A program made the translations under genes and the position numbers. The notes under the pieces are model-generated. The model had not been told where the DNA came from. It saw only the letters and a list, made by a program, of their open reading frames with translations, and did not search any database. DNA of 64,000 nucleotides from Candidatus Omnitrophota bacterium (GTDB lineage Bacteria; Omnitrophota; Gorgyraeia; JAZDFF01), in the NCBI GenBank assembly GCA_043808095.1, contig JAZDFF010000042.1, positions 137,364-201,363 of the forward strand. Direction: 5' to 3'. Positions 29,120 to 39,502 of the stretch are shown one piece after another (positions within the stretch are counted from its first letter, which is position 1; each line of letters starts with the position of its first letter).

Positions 29120-30340
29120 CTAAGATACAGCCTTTGTTTCGGATAACCTTTGGTAGATATCCCGATATTTCTTCTGACCGATGCCTAAGGAAAGATGGTC
29201 CTCCGCTACTTTTCTACAGCGTAGTCTCAAGTCGCCTATACTACTTTGAAGTTCTAATATCTCATCGACTGCTTTTATGTAGCTGGCGGCTTTAAATTCG
29301 TCAATAACTGCTCCTATTCCATTTCTACTCACCAATTCTGCCGTATCTCCGATTCCGGAGTTAATAATAACCGGCAGTCCACAGGCCAGGCTTTCTCCAA
29401 GCTTTATAGGTATGGACCCCTGTTTAGAAAATGACGGCTTTATAAAGAATACCGAAAAATCTCCGATTGATAACCAACGCGGCATTTCTTCGTGAGGTGC
29501 GCTGATTACAGAAAATTCGTCTTTATCAACTCCTTTATTAAACATCAAATTATCAATAACAGATTTTCTAAAGAGCGTAAAAAATAGAAAATGCGCATTA
29601 ATAATTTTTGCTTTAGCGATTTTAAAGAAATCAACCATTTCATCCAGCATATACCAAGTACCCAAGGAGCCTGAATATATAAAAATAGTCTTATTCCCTA
29701 ACCGCAAAGACTCCACCAAATCCTGCGGCTTACCTGCTATTTTGAATTTATTTACATCAACACAGGCAGGAATTACATCTATAGCCACCTTATGCCCCTT
29801 CATATATTCAAAATCCTCCACTATCGTTTTCAATTTTTCGGTGAGGACTATTATTGCATCGGCATTGAGAAGTAATCTTTTTTCAAATGCCTTGGTAACC
29901 TTATATAAAAAACCGCCGCGAGGCCATGTATTTGCATCTACCTTTTCATCGGGCCATATACCTCTCATGTCAAAAATTAATTTAATTTTTAATAATTTTT
30001 TTAAAACTAGAGCAATTGCTGCCGCAACATAACTCCTGGCATGGATTACGTCTACCTTATTTCTCATGACTAGAAATGTACTTACCAATACGCCTTGCAT
30101 TATGTCATATAATGTTGCCGGAAGCGTTGGTTTTTTATGGTATCTTAGACTTATACATTCTATCCGCTCGTTTTTCAAACCCAGCATGATTTTTTTTATC
30201 TCATCGGTGCGACCTCTCTTATCAAAAGTTAAAAGCGTAAAAATAATTCCATCTTCCGATAATCCTTTTAAGTAAGGAATTACTTGAGATTGCACCAGCG
30301 CTTCCTTTAGCCCATCATAAGATATATATAGAGACCTCAT
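29120..30340 (-). CDS. Glycosyltransferase family 4
   Basis: SQVIPYL, HARSY, FDMRG.W.DE, YSGSLGTWY, P.KLGE.LACGLP. Confidence 0.9.
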   Translation of the reverse strand: MRSLYISYDGLKEALVQSQVIPYLKGLSEDGIIFTLLTFDKRGRTDEIKKIMLGLKNERIECISLRYHKKPTLPATLYDIMQGVLVSTFLVMRNKVDVIHARSYVAAAIALVLKKLLKIKLIFDMRGIWPDEKVDANTWPRGGFLYKVTKAFEKRLLLNADAIIVLTEKLKTIVEDFEYMKGHKVAIDVIPACVDVNKFKIAGKPQDLVESLRLGNKTIFIYSGSLGTWYMLDEMVDFFKIAKAKIINAHFLFFTLFRKSVIDNLMFNKGVDKDEFSVISAPHEEMPRWLSIGDFSVFFIKPSFSKQGSIPIKLGESLACGLPVIINSGIGDTAELVSRNGIGAVIDEFKAASYIKAVDEILELQSSIGDLRLRCRKVAEDHLSLGIGQKKYRDIYQRLSETKAVS

Positions 30341-31734
30341 TATAGATTATCCGGCAACCTTGTTTGCTTATTCGAGCCGGTTTGAGCATTACATGCCCTC
30401 ACTATCCCGATTGAGCTGAATATTAAAAAAATCGGAGTCAACATATCTCGGTGTCTAAAGGTAGTCCCGATATTTCCCTCGGTGACTGCTAAAATTGAGC
30501 CAACTATTATAAAAAATACTACGAATAATATAGACTCACGTAATTTTGATTTTACAGTTATAAACATGCCTAAAATAGCAAACGGGGTAAGCATATAAAC
30601 AAAAATCATTTGGAAAAAAGCAAACAATAATGACTTACTTTCTAACCGCCATGGGAACGGCTCAAACATAAGATGAAGCCATCCCTTCCCTAACATTTTA
30701 ATAAACTCATTCCCCGTTATTGTATCGTGACTATCGTAGAATCCTCCCGGAAGAAGCTTGTAACACGCACCTCCGGTAGTAATAAATCCCTTGTGAGAAA
30801 TATATATATCCTGTAAATTTTTCTTTATCAACAATCCTATGCTGCCGTAATTTAAAATGACTAGCAAGAAAACCGTTAGAATAGTAGTAAGTATGATAAT
30901 GGTTCTTGTACCGTAAGAAACACTCGTTATAAAAAGATAAAAAAGGGAGAATAGCAATATTAACATCGTTATATTTAAAAGCTGTTTATGAAAGTAGCTT
31001 TGAAGCCAGACAGATAAGAAAAGTAAAACTATATAAAATAAATTTTTAGACTTTACAAATCTCGTAAATGACCAAAGCATTAAACAAACCAAAAAGATGT
31101 AACAAGTGTCTTTAAGATTAGTTATGGACCATAGAAACAGCGACGGAAACACTACCATAAATATTGCCGATAGTCTTGCTACTCTGAAGCCAAAGATTTC
31201 TTTTGCAGAAAAGTAAACCAAAATAGCGCTGATTGTACCCAAAAAACAATTAATAAATATCGAAGAAATAGGGCTATAACCCAAAAAACTAAAAAAAATG
31301 GCCAAGACATTTAGAAAACCGTTAAAACCGTAAGAAAATTTACCGCACTCAGAGGCTATCAATTTTGCGGTTTCGCCTAAATTTACGCCCGTCCAAAGGC
31401 TACTCATCCAGAAAGCGCGTAAAGTATAATACCCGCTATCATAAAAAATATATGGAGCCGTCCCGGGGAAACCATACATGCCTACATCTACTATCTTCCC
31501 CTTCACGATCGCAAAAAACATGACCAATAAGACCGCCAGGATCCTAGAAATTAAAGCCGCCAGAAATATATTCATCAATAACTTTCGTTCAGAATTTTCG
31601 GGCAGCAATCTGATAAAAAAACAGCTAATTAAACCGGAAAATAAAAGAAAAGATGTCCCGGGAGAAAAAAACAATAATATCCCCAATATAACGCCCATTA
31701 ACATAGTTATGTAAATGTATTTATTGTTTCTCAC
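30340..31734 (-). CDS. GT-C-like polytopic membrane protein (PMT_2-like; possible polymerase)
   Basis: About 11 TMs; YDSGYY loop, FPSLFLWS..NLKD, C-terminal NIGTTFRHRDM. Confidence 0.7.
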   Translation of the reverse strand: MRNNKYIYITMLMGVILGILLFFSPGTSFLLFSGLISCFFIRLLPENSERKLLMNIFLAALISRILAVLLVMFFAIVKGKIVDVGMYGFPGTAPYIFYDSGYYTLRAFWMSSLWTGVNLGETAKLIASECGKFSYGFNGFLNVLAIFFSFLGYSPISSIFINCFLGTISAILVYFSAKEIFGFRVARLSAIFMVVFPSLFLWSITNLKDTCYIFLVCLMLWSFTRFVKSKNLFYIVLLFLSVWLQSYFHKQLLNITMLILLFSLFYLFITSVSYGTRTIIILTTILTVFLLVILNYGSIGLLIKKNLQDIYISHKGFITTGGACYKLLPGGFYDSHDTITGNEFIKMLGKGWLHLMFEPFPWRLESKSLLFAFFQMIFVYMLTPFAILGMFITVKSKLRESILFVVFFIIVGSILAVTEGNIGTTFRHRDMLTPIFLIFSSIGIVRACNAQTGSNKQTRLPDNL

Positions 31735-32467
31735 CGCTAATAAAATGTAGTGCTAGGAATTTATTCAATATCGGGGCTTCACTCAACATATCTTCTACCT
31801 TAGCCAAATCATGCAATAAATTTACTGCTAACGGTGGGAAAAGCCCATAATTAAACACCCTGATGTTTTTTAGACCGGCATTTCTAAAGGCACTTTTAAG
31901 TTTTTTTTCTGTACAATTCAACATGCCGCGCTCTATCTTCCAGTTTCGCCTAAGAAATAAAAATAGAAAAGGATATAAAAAGGGGTTCCAGGGATTTGGC
32001 TCAAGACAGGCGACTGTCCCCTTGTCCTTCGCCATTGCGGCCATGCGTTTCACTACTGAGGGAAAATCTTTTATATGGTGCAGGGAATGTATGCACAGGA
32101 CAATATCAAATTTCTCTTTTATACCATTGTTCGGATCATCTTTTTCGATGTCTAACTGGCATATTTTTAAGTTTCTATCTAACCCGGATTCCCTGCTAGT
32201 ACGCTCCAAAACATCAAGTGATTTACGCGAAACATCCAGGCCCACGATGCTAAAACCCATCTTTAAAAAATTTATGGTGTATCTGCCTGTGCCACAGCCG
32301 ACCTCAAGCATCTTAACAGCACCGGGCTCTTTTATTCCCAGAGATTTGATAAAAAAATTAAACACACGTTGAAAATGATAGTCCGGCTTCCGATACAACT
32401 GGTCATAATAATCAACCATTTCATCGTAATAAACCTGCTGAATATTCTGATTTGCTCTATCTGGCAT
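31721..32467 (-). CDS. Class I SAM-dependent methyltransferase
   Basis: LEVGCGTG, GLDVS, FDIV...LHH, EPN..NP. Confidence 0.9.
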   Translation of the reverse strand: MPDRANQNIQQVYYDEMVDYYDQLYRKPDYHFQRVFNFFIKSLGIKEPGAVKMLEVGCGTGRYTINFLKMGFSIVGLDVSRKSLDVLERTSRESGLDRNLKICQLDIEKDDPNNGIKEKFDIVLCIHSLHHIKDFPSVVKRMAAMAKDKGTVACLEPNPWNPFLYPFLFLFLRRNWKIERGMLNCTEKKLKSAFRNAGLKNIRVFNYGLFPPLAVNLLHDLAKVEDMLSEAPILNKFLALHFISGEKQ

Positions 32468-32485
32468 TTTAGATTTTTCTGAAAT

Positions 32486-33550
32486 TTATTTTCCCAGTTG
32501 TGCTCGTATAAATGGGCCGATAAAGTTTCCTACAATCTCGGGCATTGCTATTCTCCAGGCCTTCGTTAGAAAAACCATTCTATCGGAAAGGGGCGTTAAC
32601 GGACTGGGCACGGCAATATTCACACCGGGCTTAAAAAGGTAATAAAAAGAGTAATCGTTAAATTTTACCCCCCATTTAGCCTTAAAGCGGCGCTGCCCTT
32701 CATATCTAGACATCCCAAAATCAAAGAATTTGCATCCATTCTCACAGGCCCATTTGATAAAAGCCCAATGGAGAAAATCAACCGGCCTTTTTTCAAAATT
32801 ATCTACTTCTGAAACGATATGTTGAATAAAAACCCGCTTATTAGTCACGTAACCCTGCAAGGCGGTAGTAATTCTTTTTCCGTCCTTAACAAAGAAGATC
32901 TTCAAATATTTTTGTAAACTGTTGTAACAGTCTAAAAAAAACTTTAATGGCAGCGGCGGAGAACCCATCCTCTTCATGGACTTCAAATAAAGGGGATAAA
33001 AATTACCGCTTAGAGAAGCGATTGTCGTATCTTCAATTAAGTCCAGGCCTGATTTTTCGGATTTACGAATGGCTTTTTTTACCTGATAATCCAGGCTGTT
33101 CTCCCAAAGATCATGAATTGATGTTAACTCAAGTTCGGCATATTGGCCAAATATCGAGTGCTTAAAATTCGTTTGCATAAAATCCTGAGGCATCCCTAAG
33201 CCTGCGTTTATCTCTAAATATGGGACATCGTGCTCCAAGAGAAAGCCCTTAAGATAATTAACTATAAACTCCATCTCAGAACTACTTAAATTTTCGCCCA
33301 TTATCCCCGCGTATTCGGCAAACGGCAATGATAGCGCTTTGTGAAAAAAAAGAGTCTTCAATAAAAAGATCGGAAGGACTGCCTTTATCTCATCATCATT
33401 CTCAAATATTAAGTAAAAGCTTCTATCTCTATAAAATTTTTCCAGGACATCTTTAAAACCTGACAGGTGATAAAAGCGCACGAAAGAATTCTTTAGAACA
33501 AAATCATCCCATCTTTGCCTATCGCCTTCTCTAAATTCAGATACCTTCAT
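32486..33550 (-). CDS. FemAB-like GNAT family acyltransferase
   Basis: WDDFV....FYH, LSLPFAEY.G, IRKSEK.GL, FDFG.S....RFK.KWG. Confidence 0.82.
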   Translation of the reverse strand: MKVSEFREGDRQRWDDFVLKNSFVRFYHLSGFKDVLEKFYRDRSFYLIFENDDEIKAVLPIFLLKTLFFHKALSLPFAEYAGIMGENLSSSEMEFIVNYLKGFLLEHDVPYLEINAGLGMPQDFMQTNFKHSIFGQYAELELTSIHDLWENSLDYQVKKAIRKSEKSGLDLIEDTTIASLSGNFYPLYLKSMKRMGSPPLPLKFFLDCYNSLQKYLKIFFVKDGKRITTALQGYVTNKRVFIQHIVSEVDNFEKRPVDFLHWAFIKWACENGCKFFDFGMSRYEGQRRFKAKWGVKFNDYSFYYLFKPGVNIAVPSPLTPLSDRMVFLTKAWRIAMPEIVGNFIGPFIRAQLGK

Positions 33551-34368
33551 TTTAAACTAATCGTATGCGCTACTTCGCTTAATGAGCTAAACTTAAAATC
33601 AGACAATAATTGTAATATCTTTTTTTTCATCCTGCCCTTTCCGAATTTAAGTATAAAATTCTCTTTTACAGAACCAGGGCAAGCGTAATTATATTCGTCC
33701 ACTTCGTGAGGGTGTAGATAAACCATGCAGGGATATCCCCTTTGATTAAGAGACCTTATGGCCCATTTTGTCCAAAAGTAAGGAAAGACCCGTAAGAAAA
33801 ATCCCCCTCCCACCGGTATATTTCTGCCCAGAACTCTTATAGTAGAACCGGGAAACTCCAGCAAATCCTTTTTAACCAAATGAGGGATTACCGGTTCATC
33901 CGGAATTCCATAAAGAAAGTTTTTAGTCGGATAAATGCTTGAGTCATACAACAATCCGTTCTTTTGCAGGATATCTATGGCCCAGAGTGATTCTTCAGTA
34001 ACCGACCAATAAGGCGCCCGGAAGCTGAGGACCTTTTTATGGAGGATGCCCTCGATTATCTTTAACGATTTAATTAAATCTTGCTCAAACTCATCGGGAG
34101 TTAAAGTATATAACAATTTGTGTTGATAGCCGTGACTGCCTATCTCATGGCCTTTTTTATCTATTTTAATAAGAATTTCTGGCAGCCTTTCCGCAATACA
34201 ACCAAGGACAAAAAAAGTGGCTTTTATATTTCTGTCTGCCAATATTTCCAATATGGCATCGAGATTATCTAAAATCCTGGTGTTTTGGCAAGACCAGTGA
34301 TTGTTTTCAGAAAAATTTATCCGAGAGTGCTGCCAATCTTCGATATCTACTGTAAATACATTTACCAT
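33547..34368 (-). CDS. Polysaccharide deacetylase (XrtA-system/DUF3473 type)
   Basis: FTVDIEDW, ATFFVLG, GHEIGSHGYQH, FRAP, YDSS, GGGFFLR, YLHPHE. Confidence 0.9.
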   Translation of the reverse strand: MVNVFTVDIEDWQHSRINFSENNHWSCQNTRILDNLDAILEILADRNIKATFFVLGCIAERLPEILIKIDKKGHEIGSHGYQHKLLYTLTPDEFEQDLIKSLKIIEGILHKKVLSFRAPYWSVTEESLWAIDILQKNGLLYDSSIYPTKNFLYGIPDEPVIPHLVKKDLLEFPGSTIRVLGRNIPVGGGFFLRVFPYFWTKWAIRSLNQRGYPCMVYLHPHEVDEYNYACPGSVKENFILKFGKGRMKKKILQLLSDFKFSSLSEVAHTISLK

Positions 34369-34374
34369 CTTCGC

Positions 34375-35058
34375 CTATTTTGTGAAACGCAATTTAATGA
34401 TTGATTGTAACGCCCTAAACCCTTCTCCCCAGTGTAATTTTTTACCTTCGCTTCTGCTGCGGGGAATATATCGTATAGGAATTTCTACAATCCTCTCTCT
34501 ATTTTTTATTAAATTTATGGTTATTTCGGCCTCTATTTCAAAACCCTTGCTGTTTAGGTCCAGTTTTTCCCAGGCATCCCTTACGAAAACTTTATAACAG
34601 GTGGCCATGTCCGAGAGTTTAGTAAAGAATAATAAATTAAGGACCCAGGTTACGGTTTTATTCCCAAGATAATTTTTAATCCGCGTCAGGCCTCGGCCAT
34701 ATAAAAACCTCGAGCCATACACAACCCTTACATGCTCTTCGAGAATAGGCCTTAAAAGACGGGGATATTCTATCGGATTTACTTCTAAGTCCGCGTCTTG
34801 AATTAAGAATATATCGCCGCTTGCCTCTTTAAAGCCCCTTATAATTGCAGCGCCCTTACCCTCTCTCTTTTCCTCGAAAATAAATTTTATGTGTCTGTTT
34901 TTTAATGACTTAAGAATTTCTTTTGTGCCGTCTGTAGAACAACCATCGACAATAATGACCTCCTTCTCCATATTAATATCCACACTGTCGATACGCCTCA
35001 GGACCTCGAGTATGGTATTTTTCTCGTTGTATACAGGAACTACTATGGATAATTTCAT
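34375..35058 (-). CDS. Polyprenol-phosphate glycosyltransferase (Dpm1-like GT2)
   Basis: SIVVPVYNE, VDGCSTDGT, GKGAA, QDADLE, VYGSRF, D.ATCYK, FEIEAEIT, EIPI.Y.PR...GKK. Confidence 0.9.
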   Translation of the reverse strand: MKLSIVVPVYNEKNTILEVLRRIDSVDINMEKEVIIVDGCSTDGTKEILKSLKNRHIKFIFEEKREGKGAAIIRGFKEASGDIFLIQDADLEVNPIEYPRLLRPILEEHVRVVYGSRFLYGRGLTRIKNYLGNKTVTWVLNLLFFTKLSDMATCYKVFVRDAWEKLDLNSKGFEIEAEITINLIKNRERIVEIPIRYIPRSRSEGKKLHWGEGFRALQSIIKLRFTK

Positions 35059-35071
35059 TTATAGATTATAA

Positions 35072-35779
35072 TTATGGCTCTGACCATTTCTTTAGCTTAA
35101 TATTTGCTTCTTCAATATGATCGATATGTTCTACGGCTAGCCAGTATTCCTTAAAATTATAATTGCCGATTTTTTTACTTTTCTTAACCAAGAGCGTTGC
35201 TAACTCAGGCATGGAAAAATTTGTGCCGCTAGGTATATATTTCAGGACATTGCTTTTGATTAGATAAATTCCTGTATTGACTATATGATACGCCCTGGGT
35301 TTTTCCTCTATTCCTACAACCTTATCCTTATCAAATTTGAGCACTCCGTAACTTAATTTGCTGCTGATTCTCTTTGTGGCGATTGTAATACTTAATTTAT
35401 TCTTCTTATGGTGCAAAATGAACTTATGAAAATTTAGTTTTGTAAGGATATCGCCGTTCATCAGTAAAAATGATTCTTCTTTTTGAAACTTGAACCTTCT
35501 TCTGATTAAGGAAAGCGCCCCTGCCGTTCCTAACGGCATATTTTCCTCAAGGTAAGATATCTTTACGCCGAGTTTAGAGCCGTCTTGAAAATATGTTTGA
35601 ATAAGGTCTGCCCGGTAACCTACTAAAAAAATAAATTCATTAAAACCGAACTTTTTAAGCCTATTAATAATAATCTCTAAAATAGGTTTCTCTCCAATAG
35701 GGATTAAAGGTTTTGGTATAGCAAATGTCAACGGCCTCAAGCGGGTCCCTAAGCCACCTGCCAAAATAACAGCTTTCAT
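35072..35779 (-). CDS. Sugar-phosphate nucleotidyltransferase
   Basis: AVILAGGLGTRLRPLT..PKPL, E..PLGTAGAL, NGDILT, EEKP. Confidence 0.9.
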   Translation of the reverse strand: MKAVILAGGLGTRLRPLTFAIPKPLIPIGEKPILEIIINRLKKFGFNEFIFLVGYRADLIQTYFQDGSKLGVKISYLEENMPLGTAGALSLIRRRFKFQKEESFLLMNGDILTKLNFHKFILHHKKNKLSITIATKRISSKLSYGVLKFDKDKVVGIEEKPRAYHIVNTGIYLIKSNVLKYIPSGTNFSMPELATLLVKKSKKIGNYNFKEYWLAVEHIDHIEEANIKLKKWSEP

Positions 35780-35788
35780 TTTAGCTCC

Positions 35789-36781
35789 TTAAATTTTATA
35801 AGCCTGCGGTTCGTATAAATCTATATTTTCTTTAATCCAACTGACGGTCTTTTTAAGCCCTTCATCGAGAGAAATGCCGGGCTCCCACTTAAGCAGGCGG
35901 CGCGCCTTAGAATTATCCGAGCATAACCTTCCTACTTCGCTTTTTTTCGGTCTCATTCTCGCCTTATCTGCCAAAATTCTGGTATGTTTATTCCCGACAA
36001 TGGATATTATTTTATCGGTTAAATCTGCGATAGAAATTTCAAATCCGGTGCCCAGGTTGATTGCCTGGCCAATCGCCTTTTCACATTCAGCGACTTTTAT
36101 GAACCCTTCCGCAGTATCTGTCACATAAGTAAAATCTCGGGTAGGAAAAACAGAGCCGATATGCACTGAATTACCGGTAAGTATCTGTGCAATAATAGTA
36201 GGAATGATTGCGCGAGCTGATTGCCGCGGTCCGTATGTGTTAAACGGCCTGATAATGGAAACCGGTAGATTGAACGAATTATAAAAACTTAAACCTAACA
36301 TGTCGGCGGAAATTTTACTTGCCGAATAAGGAGATTGCGGCTGCAGGGGATGGTTTTCATCTATAGGGACATACCTGGCTGTTCCGTATGTTTCACTGGT
36401 GGATGTAAGGATGACTTTATCTACTTGCAGCTCCAGTCCTCCTGTAAGGACATTGAGCGTCCCCAGGCAGTTGGTCTCAAAGACCTCGCGCGGATGAACA
36501 TAAGAATACGGGATCCCCGCCAACGCACAAAGATGAAAGATAATTCTTGTTCCTTTTATTGCCTCTTTGACGCTCTGCAGTTCCCGGATATCTCCCCGTA
36601 TTATCTCAATCTTCTTGAACTGATTTTGAGGAAGAAAAACTAAATTTCCGAGATCTCCCTGGGAGTCATAACGTATAAAAGCCCTCACCTTGACGCCTAA
36701 ATCTAACAGCCTCTGTACAAGATGACTGCCTATAAAGCCAGCCGCGCCCGTAACCAAAACCTGCTTATTTTTCCATTTCAT
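35789..36781 (-). CDS. NDP-sugar 4,6-dehydratase (LegB-like SDR)
   Basis: VTGAAGFIGSHL, ALAGIPYSY, STSETYGTA, QPQSPYSASK, RPFNTYGPRQSARA, RMRPKKSEV. Confidence 0.85.
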   Translation of the reverse strand: MKWKNKQVLVTGAAGFIGSHLVQRLLDLGVKVRAFIRYDSQGDLGNLVFLPQNQFKKIEIIRGDIRELQSVKEAIKGTRIIFHLCALAGIPYSYVHPREVFETNCLGTLNVLTGGLELQVDKVILTSTSETYGTARYVPIDENHPLQPQSPYSASKISADMLGLSFYNSFNLPVSIIRPFNTYGPRQSARAIIPTIIAQILTGNSVHIGSVFPTRDFTYVTDTAEGFIKVAECEKAIGQAINLGTGFEISIADLTDKIISIVGNKHTRILADKARMRPKKSEVGRLCSDNSKARRLLKWEPGISLDEGLKKTVSWIKENIDLYEPQAYKI

Positions 36782-36785
36782 TGTT

Positions 36786-38081
36786 TTATTTCCTTTCCTT
36801 TTTCATAATAATTACTTTTGCTAAACCTTGAATTCCCAAAACTGCAAAAATTATTTCATATGGAATTGCCGGGATGCTGTAACGACTTATCGCCAATACA
36901 ATTATGTGGAATATAGTGGTATAAAAGAATATGAGTAATAAAGGCATGGTTCTGGTCCAATTATAAAAACTATAGATGATCCCGATCACGGCCAAAATAA
37001 ATGTTAAAAAAGTGAGCGCTAAAATACACAATTTCCAAATAAAGACAAAAGGCCGCTTTTTTAATAATTCAGGATTTTTGAAAAAGGCTGAGAACTTGAT
37101 ATCCCCAATCGTAAAGCAAGTGGAATGTGTCCCTACCCAAAGACGTAAAATATTACGAGGAAATAACGCTATGTAGCCGAATGGGTGGTCTTGGATATTC
37201 TTTAGTCCCTCCAAATAAAGCCTCCTATCCCATTTTACGGGTTCCTGCTCCCGATTAATTCCTTCAGTCTTAATCTTCTCAAGTACCGATGCAAACGCCT
37301 TCTGGGCGAGATCGCTATCAGAATCGCCTTTTGCCGGGACATATGTCCCGAACCAAAAAACCCGCCCCCCCATGTTAGTCAATGGCTGAATTGCCCCTGA
37401 AACAAGATAAAGCCGTATCATCCATGGGCTAATAGTAACGATTACGCCTAAACAAAGAGCAAGGAAATAACCAACGATTTTTAATTTACTCTTTATTATG
37501 AAAATCAAGCCAAGAAGAATAAACAACGGAAAAAATAAACCGGTTGACCGGCATAGTAGGCCTAGCCCGAATACAACTCCCGTAAGGAAAAATAACCACC
37601 AATTCGACTTTCTAAATGAAAGTGTCAACAGCAAAATCCCCAAAGCTATCAAAAAGGTATAAAAACACTCGGTTAATAAATGACTAACCGTGGAAAACAT
37701 CACGGGATGGCTTGCCACAAGCAGGGAACTCCAAAAACCGATTCTTTCATCAAAAATCAGTTCTGCTATTCTAAAGATTATTAAACAAGTAATTGCAAAA
37801 ATAATTGCCTGGACTATCCTAACAATATTGTAGTTTATGCCAAAAACTTTATATATACCTGCAAGAAAAAGAGGATAAAGCGGGTTGACTGCCTGTATAC
37901 GGTTTAAAGTTGTTGAAGCAAAACCCCTGCCGGCTGCCACTTCCTGTGCAATTTCACTGTAAGCCTGGGCATCCATGAATACAGGCCCCGGCCGCAGGAT
38001 TGAAATGGATATTCCTGCCGTCAAAGCCAAGATTAGAACAATAAATTGGCGCCTTCTTCTTTTAGCCGACATGAAGTTCAT
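36786..38081 (-). CDS. GT-C fold glycosyltransferase (ArnT/PMT_2-like)
   Basis: DAQAYSEIA...G.G, PLYPLFLA, LLTE, L.R, PWMIR; multi-TM. Confidence 0.82.
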   Translation of the reverse strand: MNFMSAKRRRRQFIVLILALTAGISISILRPGPVFMDAQAYSEIAQEVAAGRGFASTTLNRIQAVNPLYPLFLAGIYKVFGINYNIVRIVQAIIFAITCLIIFRIAELIFDERIGFWSSLLVASHPVMFSTVSHLLTECFYTFLIALGILLLTLSFRKSNWWLFFLTGVVFGLGLLCRSTGLFFPLFILLGLIFIIKSKLKIVGYFLALCLGVIVTISPWMIRLYLVSGAIQPLTNMGGRVFWFGTYVPAKGDSDSDLAQKAFASVLEKIKTEGINREQEPVKWDRRLYLEGLKNIQDHPFGYIALFPRNILRLWVGTHSTCFTIGDIKFSAFFKNPELLKKRPFVFIWKLCILALTFLTFILAVIGIIYSFYNWTRTMPLLLIFFYTTIFHIIVLAISRYSIPAIPYEIIFAVLGIQGLAKVIIMKKERK

Positions 38082-39502
38082 CTGCCTTTTATATATAGTA
38101 ATATTACTCTGAATAAACTATTGATCTTAAAGGTAAAAAGCCTCCCGTGATAAAAAACATCAGACAGATCCCCGAACAAGCGAAAAATAAAATTATTTCT
38201 GACACAGAAAAGTTTTTCGCACAAACCGATAAAGCGCGGGTTTCTGGCCAAAAAACTAAAAAAGCACCTCAAATTTTCGATTTTGTTTTTTTCTATTTCG
38301 TCCTTAAATATCAAAAACGAGTGATAATAATAGCTATCTGAATTGTTGCGCTCGCCGTCTTTATAATAACCATGCTCAACTGCATATCTATGCAATTCCG
38401 TCTTGGGGAAAGGATAAAAAATTGAGCAATTTGCATAATCCGGCTTAACCTGGCAATTAAGTAAGAGCGTTTCTTTTGCCATTTCATAGGTCTCGCCCGG
38501 CAGACCGATGATATTTTCGGTATAAACCTTAAGCGAATACTTTTTCAGCAGTTTCATCGAATTTATTATGGTCTCTTGCCCCATATTTCTCTTCATCAAT
38601 TTATTGCGGACAAAATCTGTCCCGGCCTCAATTCCGACAGTCACGGAAAAACAACCCGACTCCTTAAGCATCCTGACTATTTCTTCAGAACAATTATCAA
38701 GGCGCATAATGACAGAATAAGGTAAACTCACCCTCCTTTTAAACTCTGCGGTAAACTCACTCAGCCAGTCCTTATTTAGAACAAAAACGTCATCAAGAAA
38801 AAGCACCTGGTCTAATCTGGAAGTTTCCTTGACTTCTAAAATTTCATCAATAACATGGCCAACAGTCCTGGAGCGGTAAATATTCTTATGTTGATAAAGT
38901 TCGTTAAATTTATGGTTAAAACAATAGGTGCAAGTATAAGGACAGCCCCGATGGGCAATAAAATGTTTTTTGCCAAAGTTTTTAAGGGCGGGCTCAATTT
39001 CGTAATAGATCTCGCGATCGGCAACCCCCAGACTGTCTAATTCCAACGATAAGGCCCTGACGTTGTTTCTGGAAATCGCCTTATCGTTTTTTACCCAAAA
39101 ATTTGCTACGTTTTCAGGCATTCTTCCGGTTTGACTAAATCTATCCAGAAATTCAACAAAAGCCAACTCTCCCTCTCCGCGGCAAATAGCATCAATATCT
39201 TTATCGGCCTCGATGACATCCGGCATAAAGGTAGGGTGCGGCCCTCCCAAAATACTAATCGCTTTAATAACCCCGCGTAATTGCCGGTTAAAATTGATGT
39301 AATAATCCTCCTCTCCGGTATAGACGCTGAAAGCCAAAATTTTGGGATTAAAATTCTTTATTTTTTTAATAGCTGAATCAAAATCATGGCCAATTTCAAA
39401 CAGCTTGACTTCATGGCCTGCCCTCTTTAAGTTATAAGAAAGATAGGCTATGCCTAAATTAGGTAAAATCCTTATTTTTTTAATACCAAAGGCTACTTTC
39501 AC
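38078..39502 (-). CDS. B12-binding domain radical SAM enzyme (#4)
   Basis: LGIAYLS, GGPHPTF, RGEGE, RGCPYTCTYCFN, DDVF, GIEAG, GLPGET, PFPKT; GTG start. Confidence 0.92.
   Translation of the reverse strand: MKVAFGIKKIRILPNLGIAYLSYNLKRAGHEVKLFEIGHDFDSAIKKIKNFNPKILAFSVYTGEEDYYINFNRQLRGVIKAISILGGPHPTFMPDVIEADKDIDAICRGEGELAFVEFLDRFSQTGRMPENVANFWVKNDKAISRNNVRALSLELDSLGVADREIYYEIEPALKNFGKKHFIAHRGCPYTCTYCFNHKFNELYQHKNIYRSRTVGHVIDEILEVKETSRLDQVLFLDDVFVLNKDWLSEFTAEFKRRVSLPYSVIMRLDNCSEEIVRMLKESGCFSVTVGIEAGTDFVRNKLMKRNMGQETIINSMKLLKKYSLKVYTENIIGLPGETYEMAKETLLLNCQVKPDYANCSIFYPFPKTELHRYAVEHGYYKDGERNNSDSYYYHSFLIFKDEIEKNKIENLRCFFSFLARNPRFIGLCEKLFCVRNNFIFRLFGDLSDVFYHGRLFTFKINSLFRVILLYIKGR

Noticed and set aside
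38040-38081. RRRRQFIV as a Tat signal at the GT-C N-terminus
   Set aside because: Polytopic membrane protein; a positive-inside cluster before TM1 is the simpler explanation
11424-39024. Short minus-strand alternative-frame ORFs at 11424-11618, 12202-12393 and 38836-39024
   Set aside because: Fully nested out of frame in longer genes with clear family motifs
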